Shown here: piece after piece, positions 41,632 to 48,011 of the stretch | Layout: every line of letters starts with the position of its first letter | Position numbering within the stretch: position 1 is the stretch's first letter | Virus record (IMG/VR): IMGVR_UViG_3300037247_000437 | Span: 1,297-65,296 of that record | Length of the DNA: 64,000 bases | Source: a virus | Lineage: Duplodnaviria > Caudoviricetes | Strand: one strand, 5' to 3' | Notes under the pieces: model-generated | Database searches by the model: none | Told to the model about the DNA's origin: nothing | The model's input: the letters and a program-made list of their open reading frames with translations, nothing else | Program-made: the position numbers and the translations under genes

Positions 41632-42050
41632 ATATCCTAAGTAAAATATTCTCAAGTGGTGCTAATGAAATAATAGGCACAGTGGGCGGTATAATAGACG
41701 ACCTGAGTACTTCTAAGGAAGAGAAGGCAGAACTAAAGAAAAGGCTATTCGATGCCATAAGCTCAAAGCTATTGGATCTTGCAGAAATGGGAAAACAAGT
41801 AATCATTGCAGAGTCAAGCGGCAATTGGCTGCAAAGATCATGGAGGCCAATTATAATGCTTTCATTTGGATTTATAATAATGTACTATTATTTTATTGCG
41901 CCTGTGTTTTCTACGCCAGGAATAGAGTTGCCTGATGAATTCTGGGCATTACTTAAAATTGGTTTAGGCGGTTACGTAGTTGGCAGATCGGTGGAAAAAG
42001 TTGCAAAGGAATTTTCCAAAAATCCAGATATGTTAAAAAGAAAAAAGTAA
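41628..42050 (+). CDS. 3TM holin (GTA holin-like)
   Basis: IIAESSGNWLQRSWRP, LLKIGLGGYVVGRSVEK. Confidence 0.85.
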   Translation: MNILSKIFSSGANEIIGTVGGIIDDLSTSKEEKAELKKRLFDAISSKLLDLAEMGKQVIIAESSGNWLQRSWRPIIMLSFGFIIMYYYFIAPVFSTPGIELPDEFWALLKIGLGGYVVGRSVEKVAKEFSKNPDMLKRKK

Positions 42051-42106
42051 TTTTGTTTATATGTATGTGATTGAAAGGGACGCTTTGGAACGGGGCGTCT
42101 TTTTTT
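42048..42106 (+). ncRNA. Mini transcription unit 1 (putative sRNA)
   Basis: TAATTTTG box (42048-55), short U/G-rich tract, hairpin GGGACGCTTT/GGGGCGTCTT plus T-run. Confidence 0.5.
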
Positions 42107-42122
42107 ATGTCCAATAATTCAC

Positions 42123-42191
42123 TACATTTGATTCTCATGGTTAGTTGGTTTAAATTGTTTGTGAGCGGTGCTGTATGGTGCCGCTTTTTTT
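42123..42191 (+). ncRNA. Mini transcription unit 2 (putative antisense sRNA)
   Basis: TACATTTG box; tract whose reverse complement is CACAAACAATTTAAACCAACTAACC-ATG-AGA; terminator AGCGGTGC/GTGCCGCT plus T-run. Confidence 0.6.
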
Positions 42192-42207
42192 ATTCTCTAT
42201 AATTAAT

Positions 42208-42313
42208 TAACTTCACGCTGACGGGCACTTCCGATTTTGGTCAACAAGATCGACGCATCGCGGAATACAGGAGGCCGGAGAACTCGATTATCAAGGATGG
42301 TCGAGTTTTTTTT
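42208..42313 (+). ncRNA. Mini transcription unit 3 (structured sRNA candidate)
   Basis: Variant box TAACTTCA; hairpin CGATTTTG/CAAGATCG, with TTCCG/CGGAA as an overlapping outer helix; terminator AACTCGATTA/TGGTCGAGTT plus T-run. Confidence 0.5.
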
Positions 42314-42403
42314 ATGCCAAATCGAAAATAAAAGTAAAACAATTACTATTTAATTAGTTTGCTAGTATGTAATTTACTACATTTGGTTAATCAAAAGGGA
42401 ATT

Positions 42404-42853
42404 ATGAAAAATCAAATCACAGAGATCGAACGAAATTTATCAGAAGGTTACACTTTAGTAAGTTCAACTGAACATAAAAGCAGCCAGTACTTTTACATAG
42501 CACGTCCGGACGGTTTAGAACTTAAGGCCAGAATAAGCGATCACGAAACAATGACAGGAAGATCTGCAAGTCATGTGAATATTTTAAGTGACAGATTTTT
42601 ACATATAGATTTTGATTTCGAAATGCAATATGATGCTGATGATTATGAAATCGAATTAACCAAAGAAGAGGCTGCGAAGCAAATATCAGAATATTACGGT
42701 GTTGAAGTAGATGAAAATAGCATTGAAGAATGTTCAGATTCAGATTTTCAACTTGATAATATGGAACTTGATTGGAAAGTTGGGGAGGCTATTTTAGGCA
42801 AGCATATAGCAGAATGCATAATGAATGTAACGAACGTGTGTTATACTTACTAA
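42404..42853 (+). CDS. Hypothetical acidic protein
   Basis: ORF behind a TACATTTG box (42378-85); contains a RISDH motif. Confidence 0.65.
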   Translation: MKNQITEIERNLSEGYTLVSSTEHKSSQYFYIARPDGLELKARISDHETMTGRSASHVNILSDRFLHIDFDFEMQYDADDYEIELTKEEAAKQISEYYGVEVDENSIEECSDSDFQLDNMELDWKVGEAILGKHIAECIMNVTNVCYTY

Positions 42854-42872
42854 TTCAAAAAAAATAATTAAA

Positions 42873-43982
42873 ATGAAAATAGCTCTGATAGATGGTGATT
42901 TATTAGGATTAGGCAACCATAGATTTCCTAATTTGGCACTCATGAAAATATCATCATTTAGGAAAGTAATGGGTGATAACGTAACGTTAATTTTAGATTA
43001 TAAGGAGTTAACCGGGGGGTTATTTGTTAAAAAATACGATAAAATATTTATATCAAAAGCCTTTACGTGGAGTTATGTTCCTGAAGAAATCACATCAATG
43101 AGTAATGTTGTAACAGGCGGGACTGGTTTTTTTTATGACAAAGCTATACCATTGAGTTATGAGATAGAGCATTCAATGCCAGACTATTCATTATATGATG
43201 AATTTGTTAGGGTAAAAGAGTTAGCGCGTAATAAAAAAACGTCGTTAAAACATTATAAGGAATATTCAGTAGGATATTCAACAAGGGGCTGTTTTCGGGG
43301 ATGTGGGTTTTGTGTTTTAAAAAATGAACGAAAGGTTAACCTTCATTCATCCTTATTTGAATTCACAGACCCAACTAGAAAAAAAATAGCGATGCTTGAT
43401 GATAATATATTGGGGTGTGCAAAATATCCTCAAATATTTGAGCAAATAAAAGATACTGGAAAGGCATTCAAGTACACACAGGCTATGGACATACGCCTAA
43501 TGACTGATAAAAAAACAAAGATTATACTCCCCCTGAGATACGATGGTGATTATTTCTTTGCCTTCGACCTGTGGGATCATAAAGAAAAAGTAGAAAAAGG
43601 TTTAAAATTATGGAGTGAAAGCTATTATAAGATAAAAAATTCAAAGGCTAAAAGTATTCATACACAGTTATATTGCATTTGCGCTTATGATGATGACAAT
43701 AAATATGACTTAAATTTCTTTATCAATGACATTATAATTCTATTCAATAGGATTGAAATAATATTTAAGTACAAAGCAAACCCGTATGTAATGTGTTTTG
43801 AAAAATGGAAAGAGTCTCCTTTCCCGTATCTATACACAGCATTAAGGCAGTGGAGCCTACGCCCAGCTAATTGTAAGAAATATAGTTTCAATGAATATAT
43901 TGAAGTATCAGGTAAAACAAAAGCAATGCTTCTTAGAGATAAATATCCTGAATTTAGAAAATTATGGGACGTAAAATTATAA
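42873..43982 (+). CDS. Radical SAM protein
   Basis: FPNLALMKIS N-terminus; TRGCFRGCGFC (CxxxCxxC); LDDNIL. Confidence 0.9.
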   Translation: MKIALIDGDLLGLGNHRFPNLALMKISSFRKVMGDNVTLILDYKELTGGLFVKKYDKIFISKAFTWSYVPEEITSMSNVVTGGTGFFYDKAIPLSYEIEHSMPDYSLYDEFVRVKELARNKKTSLKHYKEYSVGYSTRGCFRGCGFCVLKNERKVNLHSSLFEFTDPTRKKIAMLDDNILGCAKYPQIFEQIKDTGKAFKYTQAMDIRLMTDKKTKIILPLRYDGDYFFAFDLWDHKEKVEKGLKLWSESYYKIKNSKAKSIHTQLYCICAYDDDNKYDLNFFINDIIILFNRIEIIFKYKANPYVMCFEKWKESPFPYLYTALRQWSLRPANCKKYSFNEYIEVSGKTKAMLLRDKYPEFRKLWDVKL

Positions 43983-43992
43983 ACAATTAATC

Positions 43993-44181
43993 ATGATAGA
44001 ACTTATAGTACACCGTATCAAGATCATTTACGGAACAGAGGCGAAGTTTTGCGAGACGCAAAACCACGGAGATCCTTCCAACTTTCCAAAGCTCAAAAAG
44101 ACAGTGATTAATAAAACCGATTGGCTCAATAGGTTTTTAGATCCATTGGGATTAAAAGTTGAGATTACAGATAAAAAGTAG
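43993..44181 (+). CDS. Small putative DNA-binding (Cro-like) protein
   Basis: YGTEAKFCET...LNRFLDPLGLKVEI. Confidence 0.45.
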   Translation: MIELIVHRIKIIYGTEAKFCETQNHGDPSNFPKLKKTVINKTDWLNRFLDPLGLKVEITDKK

Positions 44182-44267
44182 TAGATTTGCATTTCATATT
44201 CATAATTTCGTGTTGATTTGATAGTTTAGATTGAAAAAAAAGCGCGCCGCTCGGTTCGCTTTTTTTT
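44182..44267 (+). ncRNA. Mini transcription unit 4 (putative antisense sRNA)
   Basis: TAGATTTG box; reverse complement CAATCTAAACTATCAAATCAACACGAAATT-ATG-AAT-ATG-AAA; A8-GCG..CGC-T8 terminator. Confidence 0.6.
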
Positions 44268-44283
44268 ATTTGGAATAATTCGC

Positions 44284-44359
44284 TACATTTGATTTGATTC
44301 GCGATTTGTTATATGGTAATGAGATCAATAAAAAAGCCTCTGTAGGATGAGGCTTTTTT
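44284..44359 (+). ncRNA. Mini transcription unit 5 (putative sRNA)
   Basis: TACATTTG box in the same 21-nt context as unit 2; U/G-rich tract; AAAAAAGCCTC/GAGGCTTTTTT terminator. Confidence 0.55.
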
Positions 44360-44360
44360 A

Positions 44361-44515
44361 TTTGCATAATTGAATTGTATTTTGTACCTTCATATTTCAT
44401 TTAGAAACTATACAGTTTAAACTAAATCAAAAGGTCATGTAAACTAAATGCATTTTATGTTAATCAATCGGGATTCCCGGTAAATCTAAAGCCTTGATTA
44501 TTCAGGGCTTTTTTT
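44361..44515 (+). ncRNA. Mini transcription unit 6 (structured sRNA candidate)
   Basis: TTTG-N20-TACCTTCA; ATTTAG/CTAAAT and AAACT/AGTTT stems; AAAGCCTTGA/TCAGGGCTTT terminator plus T-run. Confidence 0.45.
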
Positions 44516-44631
44516 ATTGGATCATACATATATTTTTTACGCCATCCGGAAACACCCTGAAAAATTTCAATATAAATGGATAAACTTGATTAAACATTAG
44601 GATAATCAAAAATAACCTATTATATTTGTTT

Positions 44632-45135
44632 ATGTCAAATGAGAAACGAAATATGGATATGATACTCGCGGAATTAAATACTACATTCAATTTAAACATC
44701 AAAAAAGATGTTAATAAAAGAAGTTCAGCAGGATCGTATAATAATAATACCGTATTTATTTCTAGTATTGAAGTATTAAAAAGCAAGTGTGGAGTCCAAT
44801 CAAACAGAGAAAATAAATACGGTCAAAAATTATATCCTAATACTATCTCTTTCGCCTCAGATGATTTGGAATCTATTACAATTGCACATGAATTCGGGCA
44901 TGCAATTGAGGATAATTATAGAAATGATGAAATGTTTATAAGTTGCAGAAATATTTGTGATGATTTAGCGCCTAAATATATTTCATTATACTCTGGCAAA
45001 GATAGCCCATTGAGTATTTATAGTGAGGCATTTGCAGAAACTTTTTGCTTATACATAATAAATCCAAGCAAATTACATCAAATTAACACTGAGTTATTCA
45101 GCGCCATTAATGAATTGTACGCATCATTTTTATAA
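44632..45135 (+). CDS. Zincin-like metallopeptidase
   Basis: TIAHEFGHAIE (HExxH) with downstream SEAFAE third ligand; leaderless-type start. Confidence 0.75.
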   Translation: MSNEKRNMDMILAELNTTFNLNIKKDVNKRSSAGSYNNNTVFISSIEVLKSKCGVQSNRENKYGQKLYPNTISFASDDLESITIAHEFGHAIEDNYRNDEMFISCRNICDDLAPKYISLYSGKDSPLSIYSEAFAETFCLYIINPSKLHQINTELFSAINELYASFL

Positions 45136-45295
45136 TTATGAAAACGAAATTACAAAAACTCGAAAAAGAATATAATCAAATGGTTGCATATCGATTAGAA
45201 TGTAATGCTACAGGAAGTAAAAAAAATTATACGTCTGCCGACTTTGATAAAGAAGGTGCAATTGTTAAGGAAATTTATGAATTAAAAAATAAGCA

Positions 45296-45478
45296 ATGAC
45301 CAACACTAGAAACCACGGAGGCAAGAGAACCGGAGCAGGGACAAAGACAAAGCCACAGGGCGAAGCAAAGCAGTGGTTTACTCTTGGTATACCAGAGAAA
45401 GATATAAAAGCGTATGGAGGCTTAAAAAAGCTAAAAACAGACTTTCAAAAATGGTTTTATAAAAACTTGCATCGATAG
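45296..45478 (+). CDS. Small basic DNA-binding-like protein
   Basis: HGGKRTGAG N-terminal motif. Confidence 0.55.
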   Translation: MTNTRNHGGKRTGAGTKTKPQGEAKQWFTLGIPEKDIKAYGGLKKLKTDFQKWFYKNLHR

Positions 45479-45987
45479 AGAATGACAATGATTTCACATT
45501 AAATGAAAAATATTGCACTAATCAAGGCAGTCATCATAATGTATGTAGTTCTGATTGTTATTCACAATTTGCAGCAACCAGAACGAGCGAAAATAGATTA
45601 AGCTTTGATAATAATAATTACCTCAATCCTCCGGTAATTTATAAAATTACAAACATCAAAACGGGGCAATGTTATATAGGTAAATCAATCAGGAGCTTTA
45701 CACTACGCTGGTGGGAGCATATCAAAGCCGGAAAGATGGCAGGAGAAAACACAGATCATTGTTTTTATAAGGCAATAAATCAAAGCAAATTAATCGATTG
45801 GACATACCAAGTTATTGAAGTTATTAATGAATATCCTGAAACCTGCGTTGATTATTTAAGCAAAGAGCGATATATCACAGAGCGCGAAAGTTATTGGATT
45901 GAAAAATATGATTCTGTAAATAATGGCTATAATTCAGTCATCAGCAATAAAATTAAAAAGGAAAAAACATTGCAAATTTTCAATTAA
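45463..45987 (+). pseudogene. GIY-YIG endonuclease lacking a canonical start (5'-truncated)
   Basis: Frame open from 45463: ...PVIYKITNIKTGQCYIGKS...RWWEH...ERESYWIEKYDSVNNGYN; the first ATG (45736) is downstream of the GIY-YIG motif. Confidence 0.7.
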
Positions 45988-46478
45988 ATAAATTCAACCC
46001 GTCAATCTAAATAATTCACAGTATAATATAAAGACAATGTTAGACGAAAAAGGATTTGTATTTATTGATGATAATAATCGTCCGTTTTGGGTGGCTATGA
46101 GATTTGATAAGCCAACACTTTTGTATTGGCATGCAGATAAAAAATGGGTTAGGCTTAGGGAGGTTACAATGATTGAAATATGGCAAATGAACGACCAAGC
46201 AATCCCGGGACATCTTGCAGAAAAATACCATGAGCAACATAAAAAACAATTAATATAAACTAAAAGAAATTATGATAGCAGTATTTGGAGACAATCGAGA
46301 ATTTAGAATGATCAGGTGTTATCCTAGGAAACAATTCAATATAATAAGAGGTGTAGAAAGTATATCTGGCGTAAGGTGGGAGGGTGTAATATTTTTACAC
46401 GGATGGAAACAAATAACGGCATTATGCGAAGCTAGGGATTTGCTTGAAGTTAGACAGCCAGAGTTATTCAAATGACCT

Positions 46479-46615
46479 TTTGTATTGTCAATATTATTTC
46501 ATATCTTTGTAATGGATTCAATAGTATGATAAAATTAAGTTACGATATTAACGTACATAAGACTTTATTGAATCCTGTTCTGGGTAAGCGAAAGCGGCAC
46601 CAGACAGGATTTTTT
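46479..46615 (+). promoter_or_regulatory. Promoter plus attenuator-like leader, copy 1
   Basis: TTTG-N19-TATCTTTG; GGATTCAATAG/TTATTGAATCC antiterminator overlapping the AATCCTGT.CTGG/CCAGACAGGATT terminator; CGTACATAAGACTTT. Confidence 0.6.
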
Positions 46616-46979
46616 AGTTACTATGTTATTGCCTTTGAATCCACAATCAAAGGTTATGTTGAAAACGTTTTCTTTCTCCTGAGTAGAGCAGCAACGCTAA
46701 AAAAAGAAATCTTTAATAAATCCACTACTTGTTTTATGAGCTTGCGGGCAATGACTTCGAGGTGTCAACCCGCGCAACAAGGGCATAATAAAAAAATCGA
46801 CTTAGTGATTAAGATGAGTAAACAATTCCGGTTTTTTAGCTGGCAGATATTTAGGGGCCTTAAGTTTTTGGTTTCTTAAAGCATACTCTATTTTGGGTGT
46901 AATTGTTTAGTGGTGACTGTCAAAGGCAAAACAAAAGATGCTTTAATAGACCTTGTACGTTTAATATAAAATAAACACT

Positions 46980-48011
46980 ATGGAAAATCAAGATTACCCG
47001 ATACCAACAGGATATCTTTTAAAAAGAGAATATTCAAAGGGGCCTCTGGAAACGCTTTCAATTGGAGACTATGGAAAGGAAAAAAATGTAAAGGCTGATT
47101 TCTTAGGATACAAAAACAAAATAACCGGCGTTCCTTCAGGATTTTGCAAGCCATTATCTGAAAAGTGGGTGATTACAATTTCAACTCAATACGGGTGTCC
47201 AATGAAATGCACGTTTTGCGATGTGCCTAATATCAAATTTAGAGGTAATGTTTCAATGGAGGATATGTTTAAGCAAATAAAAAATGCTATCTCAATGTTT
47301 CCAGATGTCCGGTATACTGAAAGATTAAATTTACATTTTGCACGAATGGGAGAGCCTATTTTTAATCGTGATGTTTTTTCAACTGCTGAATGGATTTGGA
47401 ATAACAAGAAAAGATTTCAAGATGAATTGAATTTAAGGATTGAAGTATTTCATCCCGTACTTACCACATCATTACCCAGGAAATTCAAAGGTCTTGTAAA
47501 GGCAATAGATGATTGGTGCTGGCTTAAAAATGAATTGTATAATGGTCAGGCTGGGTTGCAATTTTCGATTAATAGCACTGATGAAAATCAACGCTCTGAG
47601 ATGTTTAATGATATGCAATTGCCATTGGAAGATTTGTCAATCATAGCGGAGGGAATGCCTGATCCGATAAGCCGTAAGTATTGTTTAAATTTTGCATATA
47701 GTTCTGACTTTGAAATTGATGCCGATAAGTTGGTGTCATTATTTGATCCGGATAAATTCATGTGTAAAATTACTCCTATACATAATAATATTGCATGTGC
47801 TGAAAATGGGATCGAGACACTTGGAGGTTACGAAAGTTGGGAGCCATACGATAAGCCAGAATCAGATTTAAGAAAGGCCGGGTTTGATGTGCTTGTATTT
47901 GTACCTTCTGAAGATGAAGAGAAAGCGCTAGTAACATGTGGTAATACTATCATTGGAGGAGGTGAACTTCATTGCGATGATTCTTTAATTAAAATCGACG
48001 GATTAAAATAA
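46980..48011 (+). CDS. RlmN/Cfr-like radical SAM enzyme
   Basis: ISTQYGCPMKCTFC, MGEP, FSINS, C-terminal TCGN (equivalent of the ACGQ cysteine). Confidence 0.8.
   Translation: MENQDYPIPTGYLLKREYSKGPLETLSIGDYGKEKNVKADFLGYKNKITGVPSGFCKPLSEKWVITISTQYGCPMKCTFCDVPNIKFRGNVSMEDMFKQIKNAISMFPDVRYTERLNLHFARMGEPIFNRDVFSTAEWIWNNKKRFQDELNLRIEVFHPVLTTSLPRKFKGLVKAIDDWCWLKNELYNGQAGLQFSINSTDENQRSEMFNDMQLPLEDLSIIAEGMPDPISRKYCLNFAYSSDFEIDADKLVSLFDPDKFMCKITPIHNNIACAENGIETLGGYESWEPYDKPESDLRKAGFDVLVFVPSEDEEKALVTCGNTIIGGGELHCDDSLIKIDGLK

Noticed and set aside
41953-42138. Minus-strand 61-aa ORF starting at the CAT of sRNA unit 2
   Set aside because: It has a good-looking leader but runs through a terminator hairpin and into the holin gene antisense, with no protein features. 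The leader is better explained as the antisense tract, though this remains the main alternative to test.
42048-44515. CRISPR array or mini-array interpretation of the repeated units
   Set aside because: No identical repeats with regular spacer lengths, the hairpins differ in sequence and end in T-runs, and there are no cas genes.
46472-46879. 135-aa ORF as a bona fide protein
   Set aside because: It begins upstream of the predicted promoter, crosses a terminator and many hairpins, and has no motif; only the portion from ATG 46526 is retained as a possible leader peptide.
46620-46960. Group I/II intron or known riboswitch
   Set aside because: I could not identify P7 or domain V consensus or a known aptamer core, and no interrupted gene flanks it.
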